64,000 bases of DNA from Cyanophora paradoxa CCMP329 (taxonomy: Eukaryota > Plantae > Glaucophyta). A program made the position numbers and the translations under genes. The DNA lies in the NCBI GenBank assembly GCA_004431415.1, contig QPMI01000409.1, forward strand, positions 372,001 to 436,000. Reading direction: 5' to 3'. The notes under the pieces were generated by a model. That model saw nothing but the letters and a program-made list of their open reading frames with translations, was not told the DNA's origin and did not search any database. Positions 1 through 13,195 of this stretch are shown here, in pieces (position 1 is the stretch's first letter; each line of letters begins with the position of its first letter).

Positions 1-2455
1 CGTATGCTTTCACGGGAGGCCATGATCGACATTGCGCACCTTTTGCGGTCCGTAGACGTCGCGCGCCAGCCCTTCCCGGTCTCACCCCTTTTCCGCAGTC
101 CGGGGCACCTCGGCCAGCTGCGGGCGATCCTTGATGATCCGGAAGCGACGAGCAACGACAAGTTCGTCGCGCTTGAGTTGCTTAAGAATGCAGTCGTCGC
201 ATCGTCCGGGATTCTTCCCTCTTGCCAAGTCAGCTCGGCCGGTCCCTCAGCATTTGCTGGTGCTGATCAACAAACAGGACACTGGGACCGGAATCGCGAT
301 GGGCAAGAAAGGGCAGTTCGTTTGGACGAATGGTGACGACGAGCGCGCAATTTCAGCAGGGATTTTCGATGCGTACACCCAAAGGAATCTGCGCTACTCG
401 CAGGTGTGTCGTCTTCATTGATGGCGCTGTGTCATCGCTAGAATGCTCAAATCAGGTTGCTCCTCTGGACATGTTCAACGAGACAAACACAAAGAGCAAT
501 CTCCCTGCTCAGGTCTGCATGACTTGCTTTGTCATGCTGCACTGCCCTCGCGACCAACTGCTGTCTTAGGTCGACATCTATTCCACGTCTGGGAGCGAGT
601 ACGAGCTGCAGTTCATTGCAAAGGTTCAAGCACAGATTTTAGCAGCTCGTTAGGGCCAGCTGAATGCGCTGCTTTCAGGGAGGTGGCTCTGCAAACAAGA
701 CATACCTCTTCCAGCAGACAAAAGCACTGCTTAATGAGGCTTCGCTGCAGAAGTTCCTCGAAGAAAAGGTCGGCCATCATTATATTTGGCTATTGTACTT
801 CTGACAGTCGTTCAGGTCAAGAGCCTGGGGACAGCAGCATGCCCGCCTTACCACCTTGCTGTGGTCATTGGCGGCCTTTCGGCTGAGATGACCTTGAAGA
901 CTGTAAGTTGCATTAATCAGCAACCTGCTATGCTTAGGACTCAGTTTTCTGCAGGTGAAGCTTGCATCCACTCGGTACCTCGATGATTTGCCACGAGAGG
1001 TGTGTTTCAGTTTCCTCTTTCAGCTGTCAGTTCGTCTTACTGTTTGTGCTGCAGGGGAATGCACGTGGGAGGGCGTTCCGGGATGTGGACTGGGAGGAGC
1101 GTGTGCACCGCATGACCCAACGAATGGGTATTGGCGCCCAATTTGGTGGTGCGAACAAAAAGTTCTTCCTCTTTTCTGTCCGCACAAAGCCAGCCTTCCC
1201 CCACCTGTTGCAGGGAAGTACTTTTGCCATGATGTGCGGGTTATACGCCTCCCAAGGCATGGAGCATCGTGCCCTGTTGGACTTGGCGTCTCGTGCTCTG
1301 CAGACAGGCAAGCGCTCGCCAAGATTACGCACGAGGTAGGCCCTGAGTCGTCTCACAGAAGATTGTTCTGACTGCAGTTGTTAGGGCATCTTCTTGGAGG
1401 AGCTATGCAAGGATCCCGCCCATTACCTACCCGAAATCAAGGTTTGTTATGCACCATTGTTGGCTGTATGAAGGAAGCGACCAACTGCTTGGGTGCAGGC
1501 GGATTCGTTGTCGAACAATGTTGTCCACATCGATCTGAATGAGGCAAGTTGCATCTTTCCGTGGCTCGAGCTCCGTGATTCCATGGATCTCTGATCACGA
1601 GTAAACAGCCCATGGAAGCTATCCGCAAGAAGCTCTCGCAGTATCCAGTCAAAACAAGACTGTCCCTCTCGGGACCTATGATTGTCGCCCGCGACATTGC
1701 CCACGCAAAGATTGCGGTTTGTCCATGCTTTTCTATTTCCTATTTAGATTGTCTTCATCCTGTTTCATCCCCTGCTTCTCAGGAGAGGCTCGAGAAAGGT
1801 GAGGGCATGCCGGAGTATATGCGCCGCTATTGCGTTTACTATGCTGGACCAGCAAAGACTCCTGAGGTAAGCACTGAGCTTTCTTTAGCCACTTCCGCAC
1901 AGCAGCTTTGCTGAAGCTTGTTAGGGGTACGCTTCGGGCTCGTTCGGCCCGACCACAGCTGGACGCATGGATTCCTACGTTCGGAAGTTCCAACAGGTGG
2001 GACCAATTGCAGAGCATCGTTTTGCTTGCGTTCTGATCATTGAGCAATTGCAACAGGCGGGTGGCTCGTTCGTTATGCTCGCTAAGGGGAACCGATCGAA
2101 GGAGGTGACAAATGCATGCAAAGGTGCTCCTTTTTGTGTCACCGAGGGGTGGTGTATTATTTGTCTCACTTATGTTTGTAGAGAACGGCGGCTTCTACCT
2201 GGGCTCGATTGGAGGCCCGGCGGCCATCCTGGCGAAGAACAACATCACCAAGGTCGAGGTGCTCGAGTACCCCGAGCTCGGCATGGAGGCTGTCTGGAAG
2301 ATCGAGGTGCGGCGCCTCGGGAATGGCCTTCAGAGGTTAACTAGGAGCACTGATTGAGATGTGCCTCTCCTCTTCAGGTGAAAGACTTCCCGGCGTTCAT
2401 CGTCGTGGATGACAAGGGCAACGACTTCTTCAGCGAGTTCAACATTGCGTCTTGA
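1..2455 (+). CDS. fumA: Class I (Fe-S) fumarate hydratase, multi-exon, 5' end outside window
   Basis: Spliced exons give [124 protein letters not shown]; TGA at 2453-2455. More than 15 short introns. Confidence 0.95.
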
Positions 2456-3226
2456 TCCCCAGCTATACATGTAGGCAGAATTCCTCGCGATCGTAGTGCA
2501 ATTCTCTCCCATAATTAATTTCATTCCGCATACAAAAGTGAGCGCTGCGCTCGGCCATGCAGAGAGCTCGCAATCATTTTATCATAGTATGATCATGCAC
2601 AGTGCAAAACAAAACTTGAAACCTTCAATTTTAATTTCTGGGCCCGGGACCGCCATATGCATTTCGATCAACTTGGCAAGTTTGCATGCCTCAAGTTACT
2701 AAGTTAATTTACCGTGGGGACCGTGCACGTACTAAGTTAATTAATTTAATATTACTTCATGCTTGGCACGCGGGACCGTGGCACTGCTGCACTGCGGCGC
2801 GTGCACTGCGGCAGACTCTGAGACTCGAGAGATCCAGCTGCAGGACCGCCGGGGCGCGCGCGGGCCGGGCTACTAAGCTATGACTCAGTGATCCGATGAT
2901 CCGATTATCCGATGATATATATATGCCATGATGGCCCCGGGCCCAGTGGCTAGAGCTTGATTAAATCCTTACAATTCGAAATTCATTCTTGTACCTCCGG
3001 GCCGCAGTACATCATGGCATGTCACTCGAGCCACTCGCCAGCGCCGCGGCGCCTCGGCCTCCGATGCTCATGATCAGGGCCCGGGGCCCGGGGCCTCGCG
3101 ATTCAATGATTGGGGGCCTAGAAGGAACTCGATCATGACCATATGCATGAGAACTCGAGAAAGGAATAAACGCTTTGAATTAATTCCGTAATAAATACTG
3201 ATGCAATACTAGCACTACTATATGTA

Positions 3227-3307
3227 CAGTGCCACGGTGCAATACGACTGATCATGAATACCACCGGGGCACTGAGTCTTGCGATCCGATCCGATAATCC
3301 ACTGTCG
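3227..3307 (+). mobile_element. Diverged copy of the left end of the Fanzor-associated element
   Basis: Starts CAGTGCCACGGTG and retains ccggg...tccgat...cactgtcg, colinear with 13117-13178 and 44538-44599. Confidence 0.55.
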
Positions 3308-3325
3308 AGGTCTTGGGGCTGGCTC

Positions 3326-6300
3326 CTAACTGGCACGCTGCCAAGCCGATCCGATGTTCAAGGCGCAGCAAGGAGCTTTCGCAGGAAGGACGAGAGGCCC
3401 TGCGGCGCTGGCGTCAGGGGCCAGGGGGATCAAGGGGCGGTGGGGACAGGGGCGGCGCCTGCTCCGTGAGTCCCTCATCGCGGCACGCCGCCTCCGCGCA
3501 GCGACAGACGCCCTCCACGAACGCATCGTAGTCCATCTGCGGGGCACGGCCGTCGGCGAGCCGTACGCGGACGGGGACGCCGGGCGAGACGGGGCGGGGC
3601 GGGGCGCGCCTGCATGCGGGCGCAGAGGCCCTGCGTCGCCACGCCCGGCTCCTCCGTCTCGAGGAAACGCTGCGCCCCCGCCGAGACGCCGGGTTAGGAC
3701 CGAACGAGCGAGGGCAGAACAAGAGCCGAGGCGGGCTCCAGGCTGGAGGGGGCGCGCCTCCAGCTCGTCGCGGTTGGCGTGGACGAAGGCCTTGATTGCG
3801 GCCGAGAAGCTGACGGCTGCCCCGATGAGGCCCCGCCCCTGCACCATGTACAGGAACTCGGCGAGGCCCAGGCGGCACCCGCCCCGGTGCTCCTCCCGCG
3901 CCCCCTTCCGGAAGAGCCGCCGCATGCCCGGGTCGTGCACCGCGAGGGCAGGCCGCGCGACCCCGTCCGCGACGCGCTGCCGCCAGGGGGCGTCCAGCCA
4001 GCAGCGGTCCGCGAGGGGCTTCACGTGCTGCACCAGGAAGCGCCGCAGCCTCTGCGCGCGCGGAGCGCGGCGCGCATATCAGACCCGAAGACGCCACGCG
4101 AGGCGAAGAGGAGCGCTAGCGGACCTCGGCGCCCTCGCCGAGGAAGGCGGCGGGGCTGGCGACGCAGGGGTACACGGCGAAGGCGGCGCGCAGGAGGCCC
4201 TCGACTAAGGCCTCGAGGCTCATCGCCTCGCCCTTGCCGTCCGCGAAGCTCTTGCCGCTGGCCACGGAGGAGCGCCGCACCTCCCCCGCCGCCCGCTCCT
4301 CCAGGCCCCCCGCGAACGCGACCGCCCGCCGCCTCGAGACCGACTCGGAGCCTTCCGCCGTCGGGGGCGGCGAGGGCGACACGGCCCGCTGCGGGGCGCG
4401 TTGCGGCTGCGGCGCTTCCCGGTCGGCGGCGACCGGCAAGCGAGGGCGAGCGAGCGCGGCGAAGCGCGGGGCGGGGGCGGGGGCGGGGGCGGGGGCGGGC
4501 CTGGAAGGGCAGGTCGCGGTTGCAGGCGACGAAGATGGAGAGGACGGTGCCGCGGTCCACCGGCTGGGGGCCCTCCGGCCCCGTGCCCCCCAAGTTGGGG
4601 CCCCTCCCCACGAGCTCCATCGCCTCCAGCATCTGCGCGCGCGCGGGAGCCTCGATCCGAGAGCGGAGGCGGCGGGGCGGGCTCGAGGGGCGGGCGGACG
4701 GCGAGGAAGCGGGGGAAGAGGAGCTGGACCGCCCGCTCGGCCGTCTGCGTCCCGAAGAGGCTGTAGTGCAGGAACAGCAGGCGGATCTCCCCTGCGCGGC
4801 CGCCGGCCCCCGCCACCGTCGCATCGGGGGAGGGCGGACGGGGGGGGGGCGGGGCAGCGGGGGCGGGGCGCACGCTTGTAGGTGTGGAGGAGGGCGACGG
4901 CGTGCGCCCGGTCCGCGTTCGCCATGGGCCACGCGGCGAAGAAGCCCCGCTGCGAGCCGCCCCACCCCGCCCCGCGCCGCGTCGAAAGGGGGAGCAGGCG
5001 GGAGACGGGGCGCGGCGCGGCGGGGGGCGGGCCGGGCCCCACCTTGCCGATGGCGCGGCGGATCTCGTGCTGCGCGTCCAGCATCCGCACGATCTGCCGC
5101 CCGCCCCGCCCCCGGGATTAGACGAGCGGCCCCGCGCACCGGGCGGCAAAGCCGAGCGCACGTGGAGGCGGGTCTCGCGGCGGCGGGAGAGGATGTCCCG
5201 CAAGGCCCGCTGGATGCGCGCCGCCGCTCCCTCCATCTTCGCCCGCAGCTCCGCGTTGTCCCTGCCCGCCCCCGACCCGCCCTCGGTCTCGGACGAAGAG
5301 GAGGTTGGGCTGGGCCGGGTTGGGCGGGGCGGCGCACGCGGCGCGCTTCGCGTATGCGTAGCTGATGAGGTGCTTTAGGCGCCGCAGCCGGAAGCGGCGC
5401 TGCAGCGTGCCGGAGCGTGAGCGCGGTGCGAGGGAGGGAGGTGGGGGCGGGGGCGGGCCCGGGGCGCACGATCCAGGACTTGGCGACCCTGCGCGCGACC
5501 GCCTCCGACCGCAGGCGGCTCGCCTCCCGCCACCGCCGCAGCCAGCGGCGCCCGTACCGGATGATGAGCTGCCGGCCGCCCCGGGGCCTTCAGATCGAGG
5601 AGAAGGCGGGAGGGGGGGCGGGCATCGGGGCCGGCGAGGCTCGCACCCAGAAGCGGGTGACGCGCCCGTCGAGCATGCGCTGCAGGTGCGAGAGCCGCCG
5701 CTGCGCCCGCGCCGTCTTCCACCACTTCTGAATGCTGCCGCGCGGTCTCCGCCGGGCGGCGCGCCCCGGGCCGGGGCGGGGCGGGGGAGCGCCCCAGCTC
5801 GAGCGCACCGGTAAGCGGCCATGAGCCAGGCCCAGCTGTCCAGGGCCCGCCGGCGGCGGAGACGGCAGAGGTGAGAGCGCCAGACCGCCTGCGGAGCCGT
5901 CACGGGCGGGCCGAGAGGGGCAGGGCCGCCGGCGTTCGCGGGAGGGGCACCTGCACCACGACGGCCGCCCAGGAGGCGCGGGCGCGCCACACGGCCGCGC
6001 GCGCGAGGCGGCAGCTGCGGCGGGTCGGACAGAGGAGAGGAGGCAGAAGCCAAGAGAGGAAACGCACCGGTACACAGCGGCGACCTTGATCTGGGCAGCG
6101 ATCGTCCGCCGCCGCAGCTCCAGCGACACGTCCCGGAACTGATGTACCATTAATTTACAGAATATAGTCATATAGAACCAGGGGCGACGAAGGGAGGGGG
6201 CCCCGCGCCTTGCGGAGGAGGAGCGCGGCGCGCCAGCGGACGTAGAAGCGCCGGACGAACGCGTACTTGGCCCGGAGGGCCGGCAGGCTGGCGAACCAGC

Positions 6301-7981
6301 GCCGCGTGAAGAGGCGGATGCGGAGGCACGCCCGCACCCGCAGCTGCGCCGCCCGCAGCGCGTTTAGAGGAGAGGATGTCGCCATCGTGTGCCGGAGAAC
6401 TGCGGGGAATAGAGGGGGACGTGGAGGGGGAGGGTTCCCCCCGACTCGCCCCCCCGCGCGCGCGGCGCACTGGCGGCGGCGCGGCAGACGCGCCGGAAGC
6501 GCCAGAGCCGTAGCTTGCAAACGAAGGAGCGGCCGCAGGCCTGCAGGAGGGTCGCCGCACAGTACCTCCTCGCCTGTAGACCCACCGCGCAGTCATGAGC
6601 GCAGCCCCGGCCTCGGAGGCCCCGCGGCCCGGGGCACCTCGCGGGCGCGGCGGCGGCGCCACTCGAGGGCGCGCTGCCTCTCCAGCAGCTTCTCGGGGTC
6701 CTCGGGGCGTGCCGCCAGCAGGCGGCACGCATCGCACCCGCAGCACGCGCGGTCGTGCCTCAGCTGCGGGGCGCGGCGTTAGCCGCCGGCCGGCAGCGCG
6801 TCGCGTCGGCCTCGCGTCGGCGGGGCGCGCCCACTGCGCTCCGTGCTCGTGCGCCTCCTGGTGGAGCCACGCGGCGCCTGTCCGCGCGTGCGCCTCCCGC
6901 GTGCACTCCTGCGAGCGCCTCAGCGAGCGGTGCGAAGCCGACGCGGGGGGGGGGGGGGGGGGGCGCACCCTCGAGCAGGTTGGGGTGAGCACGAGGCCCG
7001 TGCGACGTGCGAGGACCTGCCCGCGACGCTCGACGTCCATCCCAGTTGAGCTCAGGGAACATTTCGAACCTTCGGCTGCCACTCGCGCGTCGGAACGGGA
7101 GGTGCGCTCGACTGGGCTGGCCCGCCAGCGGCCGCAGGGACCCACCCCTGGGCGGTCTTGACGGAGGAGCCACGACGCCAGGCACCGGCATGCGCAGGCG
7201 TCGGAGCACGCGGATCGCTCGAAGTGAGACCGGGCGCATCGTCGACAGCAGAGGGGGGGCCCGCGGGGTACGAGGAGCGGGGCGCTGCGCCCACTGCCGA
7301 CCCCGGAGCCGCCGAGTGCCGCCGAGCCCCGGATGCGACAGAGGGGGCGGCAGTGGGGCCGGGCGCGGGGGAGGCGGGGGGGGCGCCGGCGGGGCCGTCG
7401 GGGCGCGAGCGCCTCTGCGAGGGGATGCTGCAGGAGGCGTTGACAGCGTCCGTGAGGAGGCGGGAGAGGCGGCGGCGCGGCTCCAGCGCCTCGGAGGGCC
7501 ACTCCCGCGAGGTCGGCGCCGGGCCCCGCGCCTGCGGCAGGGGCGGCGTGAGGAGCCCGTCGCCGCTCTCGTCATCGCCGGAGCTGCTGCAGTCGACGTC
7601 GAGCAGGTCGGGCGGCGGGGCCGGCTCTGGCAGCGGCTCAAGGACGGGGCTCGTCAGGGGCGACGGGGCCGCCCGCGCCCACGACGAGACCCGCTTCGCC
7701 CCGGATGCTTCGAACGCGACCGAGCCCGCGCTCCGGCAGAGGGACCGCAAGGAGAGCGTCGACGTGGCCGTCCAGCCCTCCCCGTCGCCTCCCCCCACCG
7801 AACCCTCCACTGAGCCGTCCCGCGGCCGGACCGTCGGCTCCGGCCGCGCCTCTGAGCCCCGATGGCTGCGCCGCGCGAGTGGCGTCCACGTGAGCACAAC
7901 GCGGCCTCGTGACTTCGCTTCCGGCGGCGCGTCGCTTGGAGGAGCCCGCCGCGTCGCATCTGATGACGGCAAAGTCCCCAT
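3326..7981 (-). CDS. Large multi-exon hypothetical protein with several IQ-like calmodulin-binding motifs and a low-complexity N-terminus; start and extent uncertain, could be two genes
   Basis: Minus-strand exons with GT/GC donors encode ATLLQACGRSFVCK, IQKWWKTARAQRR, LQRRFRLRR and AARIQRALRDIL, plus a C-terminal MDYDAFVEGVCRCA segment. Confidence 0.55.
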
Positions 7982-8958
7982 GCTAGCTGCGGTCCTCAGC
8001 CGCCACGCGCGCTTCTCGGTGATTGAAGGCGGAGAGGCAGCGCTTGCACGTAAGGCGCCGGACTGAGAGCGGCGGACGGTCGGCCTCGTGTCGCTAAGAG
8101 GGACACCCTCCGAGGACGGTGGAGCCTTGTCGAAAAGAGCGGCTGCAGGGAGTCAGCACACGCAGGATGTTAGCGCGGGCTGACACCTTCCGCGCACTTA
8201 GATCACGGCTCCAGTCGTCGAGCTGCGTTAGCTGCTTCTTTCACCTTGCTGTCTGTCATGCATTTCAGACACGACCAACGACATCTGGACTAGCCCTAGT
8301 GGCTGTTTGGCTAGCAGTGGGCCGCCGGTCGAATCGTAAGGGCTCAGTCAGATAGGCAAGCGACGTCGAAAATCGAAATCGAATACCGAAGCTCGAGATC
8401 GAAACCTAGGCCTACTTACCCTACGGGCTTAAGATCATAGGATCAAAGGTGCGGGCCGTGCCCGGAGGCTCGCCCGTTCCCGCCACGGACTGGCCGCTAA
8501 GGAGGAGGAATGCTGCCCGAGGGGGCCGGGACCCCAACGAGCCCCGGACCGGGAGACCGGTACCGGGCCTCCCCCGCTCCCGGAGGTGCGTAAGGTGGAG
8601 CCGCATCGCGTCGCGTCGGATCGAAGCTGGGGTGCTGGGGCCATCGCAATCCGTGCGGATCGCCTGCGTGACGCCGCGCGCGAAATCAAATTATTGAGTA
8701 TAGAAAACATACGAAATCGAAGACGAAGGGGGCGCACTGGTGCCCAATGTGAGTGCTGCTCGCCGAAGAGCGCACAGAGGGATTGGGTGGCCTGCCAGAG
8801 CGGGGCGCGTGTAGATCCATACGAAACCCCGGCGAAGGGGCGCGCAGGACCCTGCGCGCGCGACGTCGGCGCTCGACCGCGAGCGCCGCTCAAGCTTAGA
8901 TTTCTATACAAGCTTGATCGCGTGCGCGCGCGCTGCGCATGCGCGTACCTGAGCGCGG

Positions 8959-9248
8959 CCTGCGCAACGCATCGCGGGTGCACTCGTCGCCGCCGCCGAA
9001 GCGGGCCTCTAGATCTGCGGAATTATAAGTGCCCAGAAAATCAGACGACGCGAACGACGCGACGTCGACGTCGCGCGCGCGCGCGCGCTAGCGCTGCGCG
9101 GGGTGTGCTCACGAGGACCGCGTGGCAGCTTCGACGAGTTCCTGCGCGGAGAAGCGCAAATCCCTGCGCAACGCATCGCGGGTGCACTCGTCGCCGCCGC
9201 CGAAGCGGGCCTCTAGATCTGCGGAATTATAAGTGCCCAGAAAATCAG
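8959..9248. repeat. Exact 86-bp direct repeat (8959-9044 and 9163-9248) with a 118-bp spacer
   Basis: cctgcgcaacgcatcgc...gtgcccagaaaatcag occurs twice. Confidence 0.9.
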
Positions 9249-9293
9249 CTTAAGGCGGCCCCGGGGCGAGCCGGGGGGCCGGGGTGGGGAGGG

Positions 9294-10126
9294 TCAGCGG
9301 ACGGTGAAGAAGACCCTGCGCTCGCGGGCCTCGACGGTGGCGGCGACGTCCTTGAAGAGGCGCTCGCGCATGAGGGCCCAGTGGCGGTGGCGCAGCTCCA
9401 GCGCCTCCTCCCGCCGCCCGCACTTCTCGTACGCCTTCGCCAGCCGGATCGCCGCGTTGTACGTGTCCAGGCTCCCCTTCGGCCCCACCGCCGCCTCCCG
9501 CATGCGCAGCGCGCGCTCGAGGTACGCCGTCCCCTCCGCGTGCCGGCCCCGCTCCAGCATGAAGATGCCGAGCACGTGCAGCACGTGCGCCACGTCCGCG
9601 TGCTCCGCCCCCAGCGCCTCCTCCCGGATCGCCAGCGAGCGCTGCGCCCAGCATCAGACCCCGCAGGCGGGCCGGCGGGCCCGGGCGGCCGGGCGGGGGG
9701 CGGGCGGGCGGGCCTTGTAGAACGCCTCGGCGGAGCTGTACTTGCCCTGCCAGTTGTAGAGGGCCGCCTGGGGGCGGGGGGTCAGGCGGGCCCTGGGCCT
9801 CGCTGGGAGGCGGTGGGAGGGGATCTCGCGGGCGGGCCAGGTTGCCGAGGGAGTTGGCGACCTCGATGGAGGCCTTGCCGAGCGCCGCCTCCCGCATCGC
9901 CAGCGAGCGCTTGAAGAACGTCTCCGCCTTCGCGTACTTCGCCTGCGCCTGCGCCCCCGGGGTCAGCGGAGAGGGGGGGAGGGGGGGGGGGGGCGCGGGC
10001 CTTGTAGAGGGTGCCGAGGGAGTTGAGGACGAGGGCGACCTTCGCGAGCAAAGGAGAGAGGGGGGAAAGAGTGAGGCGCCCGAGAGAAAGGAGGGAGGGA
10101 AGGAAGAGATCTTCTGGCGCTGTCAT
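9294..10126 (-). CDS. Tetratricopeptide repeat protein (kinesin-light-chain-like TPR_12 repeats), possibly 5' incomplete
   Basis: Spliced: VALVLNSLGTLYK|AQAKYAKAETFFKRSLAMREAALGKASIEVANSLGNL|AALYNWQGKYSSAEAFYK|RSLAIREEALGAEHADVAHVLHVLG...; stop at 9294; three GC-AG introns. Confidence 0.85.
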
Positions 10127-10242
10127 GCGCGAGCGGGGCGGCCGCGGTGGCTTCGATGCCCGCTGCATTTAGCTACAGCCGTTTTCTACTGGCCTGCCGC
10201 TGTCTCCGGCGCTGTCCTGAGCTGCGGAGCGCTTCCCGAGCT

Positions 10243-10325
10243 GCTGCAGCTGTCCAGACGCGCGCTCCTGGCTGCAGCTGTCCAGACCTGTCCCCGCTCC
10301 TGGCTGCAGCTGTCCAGACGCGCGC
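10243..10325. repeat. Short tandem repeat, core gctgcagctgtccagac x3
   Basis: Three copies spaced about 28-32 bp apart. Confidence 0.75.
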
Positions 10326-10578
10326 GCACGCAGACTCTCTCCGCACGGGCTTCATGTGCAAGCTGCAGCGGCGGATTTCGAGCGAGCTCTCGGACAGATC
10401 GAACAGGATCGGCTTCATCATCCTCGAGACCTCGCGATCGCACCCCTTGACTAGAGATCCGGACGCCCCGCCAGCGCTAAAACGGCTGTTTAATCTTTAG
10501 TTCGACGCTCCCTTCACCTCGAAGGACGTGTACCCCCCAGAGCCGGGTAGTGGAAGCAGCGCCGTGCCCTCAGCCGCG

Positions 10579-13013
10579 ATGCAGGAGCCATACGATGTGT
10601 GTCCTTCGCAGGCCGCTCTCGCGAGCGATCTGACGCGGGCGGGCGCAGAGTCCCTTTTCGGGGGGCTATGGCTTTGGCGCAAACCCTTCGGGCCAGGTTC
10701 TTTCGTCGGGACATCATTCCGGTGAGGCCGCTGAGATCTGTTGGCGCATGATCGTGCCGTGAACCGCACGACCCCGCAGCGGCTGTCGGGCGCAGTACCG
10801 CCATGTCTCAGGGAGTCGGTAGGCTCGGTGCAGCAATACAGGCAGGGCAACCGAATATTGGGATGAACATCGGCAACCGCGGCATGGCTGCGGCGCTCAA
10901 CAATGTCACAGGACAGGTCCGCCGCGTACGCCGACTCGCACGTCGTCGATAGTCAGGGGTGCCGCGTCCTTTTCTTGCACGTTGGCCGACGGCTGGCGAT
11001 GCAGGTCGTTCCGCGTCCGGGCGTGGCTCCCGTGGGAGTCGGCGCAATCAATGGCGGCAGGAACGTAGCAATGAACGCGCTCAGCGGAAGGTCGATGGCA
11101 GCTGCAGTCGCGATGAATGCGGCCCAGAATCTCGGTGCAGCGAGCACATCAGCCGCGCGAATGAACCTGCAGGGCCCGCTGTCCGGGATGGGCAATGCAG
11201 GCGGCGTGGGCTACAATCCTTCCGGCGACTTGTTCGCCATGCTTAGCAAAGGTAGCACTAAGCTCTTCTGACTTGGCCCCGACGACTCTGACCCCGCCGC
11301 GCTCTAGGCCAGGGGTCGTACTTGCCGGGCGGTGTCGGGATGGGCCACGCACACAAGCTGGGGCTGGACGGGAAAGGTGCTTCTTCTTATCGAACTGCAC
11401 GCCGATGCGCACATTGTGCTGACGAATGTGCGGCGCGATGCAGGCGAGCAGCTCGACTCATCGCCATACGATCTTTCAGAGTTTCCCGCACTGAGTCGGC
11501 TACCGGGGATGAGCTCCTCGAATTCCTCGCAATCTGATGGCCAGCATGCTTTGGGATCCGGAAGGCTTCCGTACAGTGCAGCGGCTGCTGCGGACGCGGT
11601 AAGGCTGTGAAGGGGACATCAGCTTGGAAGCCTTTTCTTTGAGCTGCGGTCGCCCGCAGATGCCGACGTTCGCTGGAGTCGCGGCTATGAACTTCCCTCC
11701 ATTGAAGAATCAGACCGAGTTTTCCATACAAAGCGAAGACTTCCCCGCGTTGCCGGGTTTCAAGGGTGCGTTGTGGCAGCTTTTTTGTTTTTCATACCCG
11801 CATTTATCGTCCATCCTTCTCCAGAGCACTCGGGAGACGGGAGTCTCTCATCTTTGACGTCCCAGTCTCTTCAGGTTCTTTCCCTGCCCCGATTTGTCTG
11901 CAGCCATTGAATCTATTCTCAGGGGGCCTACGCTGCTTCGGTTGCGGGAAGCAAAGGATTGGCGCAGTCGCAGCAGTACATGGTATGCTGTTCTGCAAAT
12001 CGCTCACGCTTGCTCTTATGGCTTGCTGCAGCAACTCCTCTCTCAAAGCCAGCAGGCGGCGAGAGCAGGAGTCCCGGGGTCTAGCTTTGTCGGCTTTGAA
12101 CAACAGCAGGGCCAAGGACAAGGGCAGCCGCAGCCTCCGCAAGGTCAAGGACAACAACACCCGCAACATCCGTCTGCACAGCAATTGCCTGGAAGCCAGC
12201 TGTCGTTGAATCTACATGGACCTAGTCAAGGTCAACAGCTCGGTGGCAGGGTGGTAAGAGAGCCCTGTGCATCTGGGTGTGAGTTCGCCCTTATTTGCTC
12301 GGCAGTCGCCGGATTCGTCTGCTCCGGGCCAGCAGAAGGCTTCATCGATTCCGGATCGATTCGGCCTGCTTGGGCTGTTGAGCGTGATTCGAATGACAGA
12401 CCCTGATCTGAACACTCTCGCTCTGGGGACCGACCTGACGACTCTTGGCCTGAACCTCAACTCACCAGAGTATGTGTACATTCAGCTGGAATCACAAGAT
12501 CCATCCTAATTTTGCCGGGCAGATGTCTTTACGCCACTTTTGGCTCGCCCTGGTCCGATGGGCCCTCCAGACGCGAGCCAGAACTTCCTCCATGCTGTGT
12601 GTTATCTTGCTGTTGTCTATTCGTTCTCCATCTAACTTGCATACATCAGATTATCTCGTCCCGCCACAGCTAAAGACTCAGCACTTTGCTAAGTTCCAAC
12701 TTGAAACCCTGTTCTATATCTTCTACTGCATGCCTCGAGATATGCTCCAACTTTGCGCATTTGATGAACTGTGCGTCTGAACAGTCACACCCTCGCCCAG
12801 CATTTGCTTATTCCCTGGCTCAGGTACAATCGCGAATGGAGGTATCACAAGGCAATGAAGCTGTGGTTCCTACGCTCAGCGTCGGAATGGGTCGTCTTTG
12901 ACGTCAATGCATGGGAGAAAAAGGCATGGGCAGGCCCAGCATCAAAGGACAGCTTGGAAGCGCAGTTTATGACACGGGAGGAGGCCAGGAGCTCAGCAAC
13001 TGTTCAGCGGTAG
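10579..13013 (+). CDS. NOT2: CCR4-NOT complex subunit NOT2 (CNOT2/VIP2)
   Basis: DRFGLLGLLSVIRMTDPDLNTLALGTDLTTLGLNLNS, LYATFGSPW, FAKFQLETLFYIFYCMPRD and YNREWRYHK (NOT2/3/5 domain); FSIQSEDFPALPG motif. Start codon is tentative. Confidence 0.93.
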
Positions 13014-13195
13014 ACCTGCTCTCTTATTAGCTATTTACAAAGCTTGTACCTTTCAGTTGCTTGTTCTCAGGAGGCTGTGTGTGCATGTAGCAGCTTGCCC
13101 TCGTGGGTGTGCTGGCCAGTGCCACGGTGTGATAAATGGGACCCGGGACGTGAAAACGTGGTCCGATGGTCACTGTCGCAGAGAAGGCCAAGCGC

